A stretch of DNA of 64,000 nt from positions 2,280,134 through 2,344,133 of the forward strand of contig OZ220689.1 of assembly GCA_965116425.1 (NCBI GenBank). Direction: 5' to 3'. This document shows, piece by piece, positions 27,676 to 36,951 of this stretch (the stretch's first letter is position 1; each line of letters opens with the position of its first letter). The position numbers were made by a program, and so were the translations under genes. The notes below the pieces were generated by a model. The model was given only the letters and a program-made list of their open reading frames with translations. It was not told the origin of the DNA and did not search any database. The DNA comes from Phototrophicaceae bacterium. GTDB lineage: Bacteria > Chloroflexota > Anaerolineae > Aggregatilineales > Phototrophicaceae.

Positions 27676-29553
27676 ATGATGAAGAAGTTTATGGTTCTCT
27701 TGCTGGTACTCTCGTTGTTCATTGGCGCGGTCGCATCAGTCGGCGCGCAAGATAGCGACGAGGACGTCTACTATATGATCGGCGGCAATCTCGGCCATCC
27801 TTGGTGGAAACAACACTTTGAAGGCATTGAAGTGGCTGCTGAGTGGCTCGGCATCAATGTCGAGATCGTCGGTCCGCCGCCCACTGATGGTATCGCCCTG
27901 GAACAGATCAAACTGTTCGAGGAAATTGTAGCCAAGCCCAATACCGCCGGCATCATGATGATTGGATTCGATGTCACGTTGATACCAGAGGTATCGAAAC
28001 AGGCGATGGCAGCCGGCATCCCCTTCATCCAGTTCAATGGCGACCTCATCGACAAGAGCGCGCGCCATGCCTTTGTTGGCACGGGCGACTTTGCTTTTGG
28101 CGAGTCGGCAGCACAATTGGTACTGGATCGCTATCCCGATGGCGCCAAGATTGGCGTGGTGGCTTTCATCAGCGCGCAGCAGCACCGCGATCGTCTGAAC
28201 GGCTTCCGCACAACGCTCGAAGAATCGGGTCGCGATTACCAGTTCCTCGAACCGGTAGATGACAGAGCGTCAATGGACGGCGCTTACAACGGCGCTCTTA
28301 ACTTGATTGAAGCCAATCCCGATATGGATATCATCTATTCGGGTGACGCCTTTGCCGAAGGCGTGGCAAACGCCGTTAATGACATGGGCCTGGTCGACAG
28401 CATTGACGTGGTCGGTGGCGACCGAGCTGACTCGCTGCTGCAGGACATCAAGGACGGCACTGTCATGGGCACAATCGCGCAGGACACCTTCGCCGAGGGC
28501 TTCTTTGGCGTGCTCTATATGTATGTGGCGCGTCAAGGTCTCGTCTCGCAAGAAGGTGGTCGCCTCGCCTTGCCCGACACTTCGATTACCCAGTCTTTCA
28601 CCATCACCGCGGAAACGGTCGACTTCTTCCTCGGGGTCGAACCTGACAAGCCGACTCTTCCCGCTGGCACCGATGGCACCTACTACATGATTGGTGGCAA
28701 TCTCGGGCATCCTTGGTGGAAGCAGCACTTTGAAGGCATAGAAGCCGCCGCTGATTGGCTGGGTATTAATGTGGAGATTGTGGGTCCTCCACCCACCGAT
28801 GGCATCGCCCTTGAACAGATCAAACTGCTGGAAGAGATCGTCGCCAAGCCGGATACCAAGGGCATCTTGATGATCGGCTTTGACGTCACGCTGATCCCCG
28901 AGGTATCGAAGCAAGCGATGGCAGCCGGCATCCCCTTCATCCAATTCAACGGCGATCTGATCGACCGGAGCGCGCGCCATGCCTTCGTCGGCACCGGTGA
29001 TTTCGCCTTCGGCGAGTCGGCGGCGCAGTTGGTGCTGGATCGCTATCCCGATGGCGCCAAGATCGGCGTGGTCGCCTTCATCAGCGCGCAGCAGCACCGC
29101 GATCGCCTCAACGGCTTCCGCACAACCTTGGAAGCTTCCGGTCGCGATTACCAGTTCCTCGAACCGGTCGATGACCGCGCTTCGATGGACGGCGCGTACA
29201 ACGGCGCGCTCAACCTGATCGAAGCCAATCCCGATATGGACATCATTTATTCGGGCGATGCCTTCGCCGAAGGCGTGGCTAACGCCGTCAATGACATGGG
29301 TCTGGTTGATAGCATTGACGTGGTCGGTGGCGACCGTGCTGACTCGCTGTTGCAGGACATCAAGGAAGGCACTGTCATGGGCACGATCGCCCAGGATACT
29401 TTCGCGGAGGGCTTCTTTGGCGTGACATTTATGTATGTCGCGGCCGAAGGAATAGTCGCGCGTGAAGGTGGGCGGATCGCACTGCCCAACACGGTGATCA
29501 CGAAGTCGTTTACCATCACTGCTGATACCGTCGATTTCTTCCTGGAGGGCTAG
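27676..29553 (+). CDS. Periplasmic sugar-binding protein made of two tandem SBP modules (625 aa)
   Basis: Signal peptide MMKKFMVLLLVLSLFIGAVASVGA. Two ~291-aa type-I PBP units, each starting YYMIGGNLGHPWWKQHFEGIE, joined by VEPDKPTLPAGTDGT. Confidence 0.85.
   Translation: MMKKFMVLLLVLSLFIGAVASVGAQDSDEDVYYMIGGNLGHPWWKQHFEGIEVAAEWLGINVEIVGPPPTDGIALEQIKLFEEIVAKPNTAGIMMIGFDVTLIPEVSKQAMAAGIPFIQFNGDLIDKSARHAFVGTGDFAFGESAAQLVLDRYPDGAKIGVVAFISAQQHRDRLNGFRTTLEESGRDYQFLEPVDDRASMDGAYNGALNLIEANPDMDIIYSGDAFAEGVANAVNDMGLVDSIDVVGGDRADSLLQDIKDGTVMGTIAQDTFAEGFFGVLYMYVARQGLVSQEGGRLALPDTSITQSFTITAETVDFFLGVEPDKPTLPAGTDGTYYMIGGNLGHPWWKQHFEGIEAAADWLGINVEIVGPPPTDGIALEQIKLLEEIVAKPDTKGILMIGFDVTLIPEVSKQAMAAGIPFIQFNGDLIDRSARHAFVGTGDFAFGESAAQLVLDRYPDGAKIGVVAFISAQQHRDRLNGFRTTLEASGRDYQFLEPVDDRASMDGAYNGALNLIEANPDMDIIYSGDAFAEGVANAVNDMGLVDSIDVVGGDRADSLLQDIKEGTVMGTIAQDTFAEGFFGVTFMYVAAEGIVAREGGRIALPNTVITKSFTITADTVDFFLEG
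27769..29550 (+). repeat. Intragenic tandem duplication, period 912 nt (units 27769-28680 and 28681-29550)
   Basis: Direct comparison of the two units shows about 21 amino-acid substitutions in ~290 aligned residues, plus many additional synonymous nucleotide differences. Confidence 0.9.
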
Positions 29554-29581
29554 AAGGGGGTTTAAACCCCAATCCTCTCGT

Positions 29582-29608
29582 CCCCCTCTCCCGCAAGGGT
29601 AGAGGGGG
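29582..29608 (+). terminator. GC-rich hairpin after the SBP gene (possible terminator)
   Basis: CCCCCTCTCCC-gcaa-GGGtAGAGGGGG, 29 nt after the stop codon. There is no strong T-run. Confidence 0.35.
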
Positions 29609-29638
29609 AGCATTTGTAATTGACTGGATCGGACAGCC

Positions 29639-30442
29639 ATGAGATTGAAAGACAAAGTGGCGTTGGTCACTGGCGGCGGACGCGGCATCGGGCGGCATAT
29701 CGCGCTGCGCCTGGCCGATGAGGGCGCGCATGTGCTGGTCAACTATGCCAGCAGCGAGGCCGGCGCCGAAGACATTGCCGAGCAGATTCGCGCAAAGGGG
29801 CGGCGAGCGACAGAGGTAAGGGCGAATATCGCGCAACGAGGCGAGGTCGATGCCATGTATGCTTCCTTGCGAGAAGATTTTGGGCGCATTGACATTCTGG
29901 TCAACAACGCGGCGATTGATCCGGTCATCCCCTTCCTGGAAATGAACGATGAGCAGTGGGATCGTGTCATTGATATCAACCTCAAAGGCACGTATATGTG
30001 TTCCCAATCGGCTGCCAAGCTGATGGTTGAGCAGGGGAGCGGCGGGGTTATCATCATCATCGGGTCAATGCACAGCATGGCGACCTTCCCCGGTATGCTG
30101 GCTTATGCCAGTACGAAAGGTGGACTTAACGCGATGACACGCGCAATGGCGCTGGATCTCTCGCCCCATCGCATCCGCGTAAATTGCGTGATCCCCGGCT
30201 CGATTCACGTGGAAAAAGCCTACGAAGTCATCCCCAATTACGACCCGCATATGATGGATGACCAGATCGCCCTGGGGCGCATCGGCTATGGGCCGGACAT
30301 CGCAGCGGCCGTCGTATTCATGGCGTCGCAGGATGCGGCCTATATCACTGGTACTACCTTGACTGTCGATGGCGGCGTGATGGCGCGCATGGCGCTCTGG
30401 TTCGACGACCTGGAGACCGTAGAGCGAAAGTACGACAATTAG
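29639..30442 (+). CDS. SDR family oxidoreductase
   Basis: TGGGRGIG cofactor motif, NNAA, and the YASTK catalytic motif. Confidence 0.85.
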   Translation: MRLKDKVALVTGGGRGIGRHIALRLADEGAHVLVNYASSEAGAEDIAEQIRAKGRRATEVRANIAQRGEVDAMYASLREDFGRIDILVNNAAIDPVIPFLEMNDEQWDRVIDINLKGTYMCSQSAAKLMVEQGSGGVIIIIGSMHSMATFPGMLAYASTKGGLNAMTRAMALDLSPHRIRVNCVIPGSIHVEKAYEVIPNYDPHMMDDQIALGRIGYGPDIAAAVVFMASQDAAYITGTTLTVDGGVMARMALWFDDLETVERKYDN

Positions 30443-30485
30443 CGGCGCCAGCGCAACTGGTTCTGCATGAAGAAAGACCTGAGCG

Positions 30486-31352
30486 ATGAATGAAGTCGAA
30501 CATGTCCTTTCGCTGGGCAATGTATTGGGCGAAGGTCCACTGTGGCATCCCGAGGAAAAGGCGCTCTATTGGGTGGATATCGAGTCCAGCCAAATCTTTC
30601 GCTACGATCCCAAAGAGAGCCAGCATGAAATGGCGCAAATGGACATTGCAGTGGGCGCCCTGGCTTTTCGAGAGTCGGGCGGCTTGATATTGGCGACCGC
30701 CAAGGGCTACGCCTATTGGGACATGCAAAAGCGCCAGCTGGAATACATCGCCGACCCGGAAGCGGACAAACCCGAGTCGCGCTTCAATGACGGCAAGGTG
30801 GATCGCCACGGGCGCTTTTGGGCCGGTACCATGACTGTTGAAGGCGCCACCAGCGCGCTCTATCGACTTGACGCCGATGCTTCCGTACACAGAATGGAAA
30901 GCGGAATCACAATTGCGAACGGACTGGGTTGGAGCCCGGACAACAAGATCATGTATTTCACCGATACCATGATCCACACGATTTATGCCTACGACTTTGA
31001 CCTGGAAAGCGGCAGCATTGCTAACCGCCGCGTATTCGTTCATGATCCGGATGTGCCCGGGCTGCCGGATGGATTGTGCGTGGACAGCGAAGGTTGCGTA
31101 TGGAGCGCGCGCATTCTCGATTGGCGTATCGTCCGCTTCGACCCGGATGGGGTGATTGAGCGTGAGATTCGCTTACCGGTAAAGAATCCGACCAGCTGCG
31201 CCTTTGGCGGCGAGAATCTTGACGAGCTTTATGTCACGACGGCGGCTATCGGCTTGACCGACGAGGAAGCTCGACAGCAACCTCTGGCGGGCGATCTGTT
31301 CCGCATTCATACTGGTGTCAAGGGGCAGGTCGAGCCCTGTTTCGCCGGGTAG
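30486..31352 (+). CDS. SMP-30/gluconolactonase/LRE family lactonase
   Basis: LGEGPLWHPEEKALYWVDI, NGLGWSPD, PDGLCVDSEG and TSCAFGG are typical of this family. Confidence 0.85.
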   Translation: MNEVEHVLSLGNVLGEGPLWHPEEKALYWVDIESSQIFRYDPKESQHEMAQMDIAVGALAFRESGGLILATAKGYAYWDMQKRQLEYIADPEADKPESRFNDGKVDRHGRFWAGTMTVEGATSALYRLDADASVHRMESGITIANGLGWSPDNKIMYFTDTMIHTIYAYDFDLESGSIANRRVFVHDPDVPGLPDGLCVDSEGCVWSARILDWRIVRFDPDGVIEREIRLPVKNPTSCAFGGENLDELYVTTAAIGLTDEEARQQPLAGDLFRIHTGVKGQVEPCFAG

Positions 31353-31354
31353 CC

Positions 31355-31516
31355 ATGCAGCAGATCGAGGAAAGATCTTACAAGTATTTTGGGCACTGTT
31401 GTCGTCTCTGCAATGACCAAGTTGATTTGCTTTTCACCAGCGAGATTGGACCACGAATAATCCGCGTTGGATTCATCGGCGCGGAGAACGAGTATGCCGA
31501 GGTCGACTTCAGTTAA
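31355..31516 (+). pseudogene. 53-codon gene fragment of unknown family
   Basis: MQQIEERSYKYF...LLFTSEIGPRIIRVGFIGAENEYAEV reads like the N-terminus of a longer beta-rich protein, but it stops after 53 codons. Confidence 0.25.
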
Positions 31517-31628
31517 GATAAATCTGTCCCGATTTCAACTGCCTGTCATTCCAATGCCTGTCACTGAGGTTGATATCGCCCGACAACAGCAGGCGAAGGC
31601 ACGATTGCGCTAATGGGAGGATCGCGTA

Positions 31629-32396
31629 GTGGAGCAGAACAACGCCAACTCGATATTCGAGACGCCCTTCGATAGTCCTCTTTATCCGCGTTTCCCAATG
31701 GAGATGCGGAACGTGGATATCATGACGATCCTCTATCGTACGGACATCGACGCTGCCCGCCGCCTGATACCCGCGCCACTCGAGCTGAAAAGCGATGCCG
31801 TCATCGTCCACATCTATCACATGCACGATGCCGATATGTTCGGCAATTATAGTGAGTCGGCGGTGCAACTGCCTGTCACTCTGCCGGGAACAGATATTAG
31901 CGGCGCTTATTCGCCATACCTGTATTTGAGCAGCGTGGGAGCAGTAGCAGTCGGACGTGAGATTTATGGGCAGCCGAAGAAAGGGGGAGAGCCGCGGTTG
32001 GAAGTCCGCGGCGACCTGTTTGTTGGCACGGTAAGACGCAACGATATTGATATCATCACGGCCACCATGCCCTATAAGACGCAGCGCGCAGAGCTATCTG
32101 AGATGCTTAAAGTCGGCGATTTCCGGACTAATATCAATCTGAAAGTCGTCAACGGTGTGGACGGCAAAATCGCCATCCGCCAGCTAACGGCGCGACGTTT
32201 CGAAAATGTTACTGTGCATGAATGCTGGTCCGGGCCGGCGACGATTGAGCTCCGCCCCAACGCGCAGGCGCCCGTCTATAAGCTGCCTGCGCGCGAGATG
32301 ATCTCCGGCTTTTACTGGCGTACTGACTTCGTATTGCCTTGGGGCCAGGTCTTGCACGACTACTTGGCGACGGAGGCCGGCGCCGATGAGTCTTGA
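31629..32396 (+). CDS. Acetoacetate decarboxylase (ADC) family protein
   Basis: 255 aa, GTG start. SPLYPRFPMEMRNVDIMTILYRTD...LIPAPLE... and ...YGQPKK... match the ADC-superfamily layout. Overlaps the next SDR gene by 11 nt. Confidence 0.7.
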   Translation: MEQNNANSIFETPFDSPLYPRFPMEMRNVDIMTILYRTDIDAARRLIPAPLELKSDAVIVHIYHMHDADMFGNYSESAVQLPVTLPGTDISGAYSPYLYLSSVGAVAVGREIYGQPKKGGEPRLEVRGDLFVGTVRRNDIDIITATMPYKTQRAELSEMLKVGDFRTNINLKVVNGVDGKIAIRQLTARRFENVTVHECWSGPATIELRPNAQAPVYKLPAREMISGFYWRTDFVLPWGQVLHDYLATEAGADES

Positions 32397-33156
32397 GGGC
32401 AAGGTCGCGCTGGTGACCGGCGCTGGCAATGGAATCGGCGAGGCGGCTTGCGTGGCATTTGCCGCCGCGGGCGCGCGTGTGTTTGCTGTTGACATCGATG
32501 GCGCCGCTGCCCTTGCCACAAGGGACGCGATCCGCGCATTAAGTGGCGAAGCGGTAGCCTATCACGCTGATGTAAGCCATGTGGAGGAAGTACAAGCCTA
32601 CACCCAGGAAGCGATTCGTCATTTCGGGCGTATTGACTGTTTCTTTAACAATGCGGGCATTGAAGGCGTCGTCGCCTCAACCATGGAATACCCGGAACAT
32701 GTCTTTGACCGAGTAATGGCGATCAATCTCAAGGGTGTGTTTCTGGGCTTGAAATACGTACTGCCGTATATGGTAGAAAGGGGTGCCGGGAGCGTCGTCA
32801 ATGCTGCCTCGGTGGGCGGAGTGGTCGGCGCGCCGGGGCTGTGCGCCTACTCCGCCAGCAAGCATGCCATCATTGGATTAACGCGCACCGCAGCCGCTGA
32901 AGTGGCGCAATACGGTGTGCGGGTAAATGCTATCTGTCCCAGCGCGATCCAAACCCGAATGATTGATTCGCTGGCTGGCATGTATGCTCCGGACGACCCG
33001 GATTCGGTGCGCGATAAATTCGTCGCTCGCAACCCAATGCGGCGCTACGGGCTGCCGGAAGAGGTAGCGCAGGTCGTCCTGTTTTTATCATCGGATGCGG
33101 CGAGTTTCGTCAATGGAGAGGCCCTGATGATTGATGGCGCGCGTACCGCAGTATGA
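32386..33156 (+). CDS. SDR family oxidoreductase
   Basis: TGAGNGIG, NNAG and YSASK motifs. Confidence 0.85.
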   Translation: MSLEGKVALVTGAGNGIGEAACVAFAAAGARVFAVDIDGAAALATRDAIRALSGEAVAYHADVSHVEEVQAYTQEAIRHFGRIDCFFNNAGIEGVVASTMEYPEHVFDRVMAINLKGVFLGLKYVLPYMVERGAGSVVNAASVGGVVGAPGLCAYSASKHAIIGLTRTAAAEVAQYGVRVNAICPSAIQTRMIDSLAGMYAPDDPDSVRDKFVARNPMRRYGLPEEVAQVVLFLSSDAASFVNGEALMIDGARTAV

Positions 33157-33291
33157 ATACAGCCGTTTATGCTCCGCCCGGATTATTCGAATTTAAGGAC
33201 CGAGCGCAGACGAGGCATTGGCAACCTACGGTGGAGCATTCCATTGAAGATCTTAGAGTCAAAGGCCTCAGCCGCGGCCACATAAGCGCGA

Positions 33292-33320
33292 TTGACTCTA
33301 AGCATGACACTGTGTAATCT
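33292..33320 (+). promoter_or_regulatory. Sigma-70-like promoter upstream of the GntR gene
   Basis: TTGACT (33292-33297), a 17-nt spacer, then TAATCT (33315-33320). Followed by TTGTAAACAG-TAAACAG at 33328-33344. Confidence 0.45.
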
Positions 33321-33362
33321 CTAGCTATTGTAAACAGTAAACAGAACGTTGAGAATCGTTTA

Positions 33363-34067
33363 ATGACAAATGCATCGCTGGCCAATTTGACTGGAATCCA
33401 AGATAGACGACCATTGGCTCATGATGTTCTGGAGACATTGCGTCAAGCCATTTGGAATAGACAGCTGCAGCCGGGTATCCGTTTGCGAGAAGAAGAACTG
33501 GCTGAAGCGCTCAACGTCAGCCGCGGTCCCGTTCGTGAAGCGCTTATTCAACTGGAATACGAAGGCTTGGTCATTCGAGAGCAGAATCGCGGCGCGTCGG
33601 TTGCGCGGCTGGAAAGGGAAGACCTCGACGAAGTGTATTCGTTGAGGATGGCGCTCGAAAAGCTGGCTGTTCAACTGGCGGTCAAGAACCACAATGATTC
33701 ACATTTGGCGCAGATGCAAGTTGTTCTGGATGATATGCGATCGGTTCTTGACGACACAGTGACTGTGCAGCGTGCTGCCGACCTGGATGTCAGCTTTCAC
33801 GAGGTCGTCATAAAGTCTGCCCAGCACAAACGGCTGTATCATTTTTGGTCGACATTGCGCCCGCAGATATACATATTTCTCCTCTCACGCAATGTTGCGA
33901 ATGCTGACTTTCGCGAGTACATGCTGCCCTGGCACCAGGATATCCTGGACGCCATCCGCGATCGCCACGAGAAGCGGGCGCTTGAGCTTATCGAAACGCA
34001 CCTTGAAGCCGCTTATACGCGTGTACTCGTTAGTTACGAAGCCTTCCTCGGCTCTGAACAGAGTTAG
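33363..34067 (+). CDS. GntR family transcriptional regulator (FadR/FCD subfamily)
   Basis: N-terminal winged HTH (LREEELAEALNVSRGPVREAL) and a helical FCD-like C-terminal domain. Confidence 0.85.
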   Translation: MTNASLANLTGIQDRRPLAHDVLETLRQAIWNRQLQPGIRLREEELAEALNVSRGPVREALIQLEYEGLVIREQNRGASVARLEREDLDEVYSLRMALEKLAVQLAVKNHNDSHLAQMQVVLDDMRSVLDDTVTVQRAADLDVSFHEVVIKSAQHKRLYHFWSTLRPQIYIFLLSRNVANADFREYMLPWHQDILDAIRDRHEKRALELIETHLEAAYTRVLVSYEAFLGSEQS

Positions 34068-34099
34068 TGGCGACATTGTAAGGTACTGATATGGGGTGA

Positions 34100-34909
34100 A
34101 TGGTTTTGATGGAACGGTTTGGCCTTCAGGGAAGAGTAGCAGTTGTGACGGGTGCGGCCTCCGGGTTGTCGCGGGCGATAGCGCTTGGCTTCGCCGAGGC
34201 TGGAGCGGACCTCGTCGTGGCCGATATCAACCTCTCAGGTCTGAAAGCAACCGCCAGCCAGATAGAAGCGAGCGGGCAAAGGGCCGTCGTCTGCCAGTGT
34301 GATATCGCGAATCAAAACGAAGTAGCGCAGCTATTTGATCTACTCGATTCAGCCTTCGGCACAATTGATATTCTGGTCAATGGTCCTTTCGCCTTCAATC
34401 GCTCTCGCCCTGAAGATATGAGCCTGGAGGATTGGAATCTCGCGCTTTCGGTGTGTTTAACCGGCTTTTTCATGTGCGCGCAGCAGGCCGGGCGGCGAAT
34501 GATCAAGCAAGGCCGAGGCGGCAGCATCATCAGCATCGGCTCAATCGCCGGCGCGCTGGCTCTGGGACGCGGCAATTTCGTTTACAGCGTAGCCAAAGCC
34601 GGCGTCCACCAGATGACACGTGAGTTGGCTGTCGAATGGGCGCAGCACAATATACGCGTCAACGCGTTGCTGCCGGCCCAAATGAGGACACCGTCCGTCA
34701 AACACTGGCTGGAGGATCCCAATACGGATCCCGGCTTGGTGACGCATTTGCTGAAAGGCATTCCCATGAATCGGATGGGCGAAAGCGAAGACATTGTTGG
34801 TCCGGCCATTTTCCTGGCGTCTGATGCCGCCGCCTTCATCACCGGTACGCTGCTGCCGATCGACGGCGGCAATCTGGCGCTGAATGCCGGTGGGAGCCAC
34901 ACATGGTAA
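34100..34909 (+). CDS. SDR family oxidoreductase
   Basis: TGAASGL, and the YSVAK catalytic motif. The start may be ATG 34100 or ATG 34109. Confidence 0.85.
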   Translation: MVLMERFGLQGRVAVVTGAASGLSRAIALGFAEAGADLVVADINLSGLKATASQIEASGQRAVVCQCDIANQNEVAQLFDLLDSAFGTIDILVNGPFAFNRSRPEDMSLEDWNLALSVCLTGFFMCAQQAGRRMIKQGRGGSIISIGSIAGALALGRGNFVYSVAKAGVHQMTRELAVEWAQHNIRVNALLPAQMRTPSVKHWLEDPNTDPGLVTHLLKGIPMNRMGESEDIVGPAIFLASDAAAFITGTLLPIDGGNLALNAGGSHTW

Positions 34910-34960
34910 GCTCGCCCCCAATTGACGGCTTAAGATGATCATGATTAGGTAGAAAACGGT

Positions 34961-35932
34961 ATGACCACTGTAGTCATAGCACACGCTTCCTTTCCCGATA
35001 CACAGCTCGAATCAGAAGCGCTGGCGGCAATCGGCGCGACGACTGTGTTTACGGGAAACCTGGACAGCAGCGAAGCGCGCGCGATCGCCAGGCGGGCGCA
35101 TGCAATAATGGTTACCATTCAAGAAGTCGACGCCAAACTGATGCGCTCCTTGGAAAACTGCAAAATTATCGCTCGCGTCGGTACCGGCCTGGATGCAATA
35201 GATATCCCGGCGGCCACCGAGCGCGGCATTTGGGTGACATACGTCGCTGATTATTCCATTGACGAAGTGTCTACCCATGCCGTCGCACTGCTGCTTAATC
35301 ATGCGCGGCGCTTGCCACAGATGGTTGCCTCGGTAAAAGCTGGCGCTTGGTACGATGTCGCGCGAATTGAGCCGGCGCCTCGCTTGAAGGGACAGGTCTT
35401 GGGCGTCATCGGCTTGGGACGCATCGGGCGGACAGTCGCAGCTAAGGCGTCCGGGCTTGGGCTTCGCGTCATCGCCCACGATCCATATGTAGGCTTGGAC
35501 GCGGAAACTGAACATAATGTCGACCCGGTCGACCTGGATACCTTGTTTAGCAAATCCGATTACATTTCGCTGCATACACCGCTGACCGAGTCGTCGCGCC
35601 ATATCATCAACGCGGCCGCGCTTGAAATGATGAAGCCGACCGCCTTCCTAATCAATACCGCGCGTGGCGAGTTGATCGATGATGCGGCTTTGTTGGACGC
35701 GGTTAAGGCGGGCAGCATCGCCGGCGCGGCGCTGGATGTGCTCAGCCAGGAGCCGCCACCCGCTGATTTTCCGCTGCTCCACCACGAGCGAATTCTTATC
35801 ACCCCGCACGGCGCCTGGTATTCTGAAGCATCAAAAGTCGATGTACGGCGGAAGGCGACCGAAGATGTCGTGCGGGTATTGACGGGTCAGAAGCCGCTGT
35901 CGCCGGTCAATCAGCCGAATTTCAGTCCGTAG
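34961..35932 (+). CDS. D-isomer-specific 2-hydroxyacid dehydrogenase family protein
   Basis: NAD motif GVIGLGRIGRTVA, with LINTARG and ALDV...EP...P motifs. Confidence 0.85.
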   Translation: MTTVVIAHASFPDTQLESEALAAIGATTVFTGNLDSSEARAIARRAHAIMVTIQEVDAKLMRSLENCKIIARVGTGLDAIDIPAATERGIWVTYVADYSIDEVSTHAVALLLNHARRLPQMVASVKAGAWYDVARIEPAPRLKGQVLGVIGLGRIGRTVAAKASGLGLRVIAHDPYVGLDAETEHNVDPVDLDTLFSKSDYISLHTPLTESSRHIINAAALEMMKPTAFLINTARGELIDDAALLDAVKAGSIAGAALDVLSQEPPPADFPLLHHERILITPHGAWYSEASKVDVRRKATEDVVRVLTGQKPLSPVNQPNFSP

Positions 35933-35957
35933 CCAAGGTATTAGAGGAGACTTCGCA

Positions 35958-36947
35958 TTGGACAGCCATGAATTGGCATTAAGCAGCGAGCAGCTGCTGG
36001 CGCTTTACCGCACGATGGTTCTCATTCGGCGGACGGAAGAGCAGCTTGCCCGCGCTCACCAGATGGGTCTGGTTCCCGGTCCCTGCCACACTTATGTCGG
36101 TGAGGAAGCAATCGCGACCGGCGTCTGCGCCAATTTGCGCCAGGATGACGTTGTCTTCAGCACGCATCGCGGGCACGGGCATGCGCTGGCCAAAGGCGTT
36201 AGCGCCCGTGAGGTGGCGGCCGAGCTGTTGGGCAAAGCGACCGGCTGCTCCCAGGGACGCGGCGGCAGCATGCACCTTTTCGCCCCTGAAGTCGGATTGA
36301 TGGGCACGAGCGGCATTGTTGGCCCCAGTATCTTGCAGGGCGCCGGCGCCGGCTACAGCTTCAAACTGCTTGAATCGGACCGAGTAAGCGTCGCCTTTTT
36401 TGGTGATGGCGCCGTCAGCAATGGCGCTTTTCACGAAGGGATCAACCTCGCGGCGATTTGGGATCTGCCCGTTGTCTTTGTCTGTGAAGACAATATGTAC
36501 GCCACTGAGGTACCCTTCCGCGAGGCGACGCGCAACCAAAATGTGGCGGAGCGCGTACGCGTCTCCTACGGCATGAACGCTGTCTGTGTAGATGGAAATG
36601 ATGTCTTGGCTGTACATGAAGCCGCCAAGATAGCGGTGACACAGGCCCGCGCCGGAAACGGTCCCTCGCTGATCGAATGTAAGACCTATCGCTTGCGACC
36701 ACATGCGGAAGGTATGCGCGACGGCGGTTATCGCACCGTGGATGAGGTCGAATCTTGGAAGAAGCGCGATCCCATCGCGACCTTTAGATCAGAGCTCCTC
36801 GTCAACAAGCAGGCCGACGAAGCTGCAATAGATGCTGTCGAAGAAGAGGTAACGATAATCGTCGAAGACGCAATGGATTTCGCCCGCTCCAGCCGTTTCC
36901 CGGATCCGGCTACTGCTGCTGATTTCATATTTGGCGCACAGGATTAA
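35958..36947 (+). CDS. TPP-dependent 2-oxoacid/acetoin dehydrogenase E1 alpha subunit
   Basis: TTG start. YRTMVLIRRTEE, HRGHGHALAKG and GDGAVSNGAFHEGINLA (TPP motif). Confidence 0.85.
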   Translation: MDSHELALSSEQLLALYRTMVLIRRTEEQLARAHQMGLVPGPCHTYVGEEAIATGVCANLRQDDVVFSTHRGHGHALAKGVSAREVAAELLGKATGCSQGRGGSMHLFAPEVGLMGTSGIVGPSILQGAGAGYSFKLLESDRVSVAFFGDGAVSNGAFHEGINLAAIWDLPVVFVCEDNMYATEVPFREATRNQNVAERVRVSYGMNAVCVDGNDVLAVHEAAKIAVTQARAGNGPSLIECKTYRLRPHAEGMRDGGYRTVDEVESWKKRDPIATFRSELLVNKQADEAAIDAVEEEVTIIVEDAMDFARSSRFPDPATAADFIFGAQD

Positions 36948-36951
36948 GCCT

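Noticed and set aside
27769-29550. The SBP internal duplication as an assembly artefact (collapsed or expanded repeat).
   Set aside because: The two units differ at many synonymous and about 21 non-synonymous positions, and they are joined by a unique linker. An assembly stutter would give identical copies.
28270-29742. 490-aa ORF antisense to the duplicated SBP gene. There are similar long antisense ORFs at 4925..5839, 10460..11209, 35979..36704, 44916..45713, 46277..47146 and 49014..50063.
   Set aside because: Each one mirrors a strongly supported gene on the opposite strand, and high GC suppresses stop codons in antisense frames. None has domain-like motifs, so I treat them as shadow ORFs.
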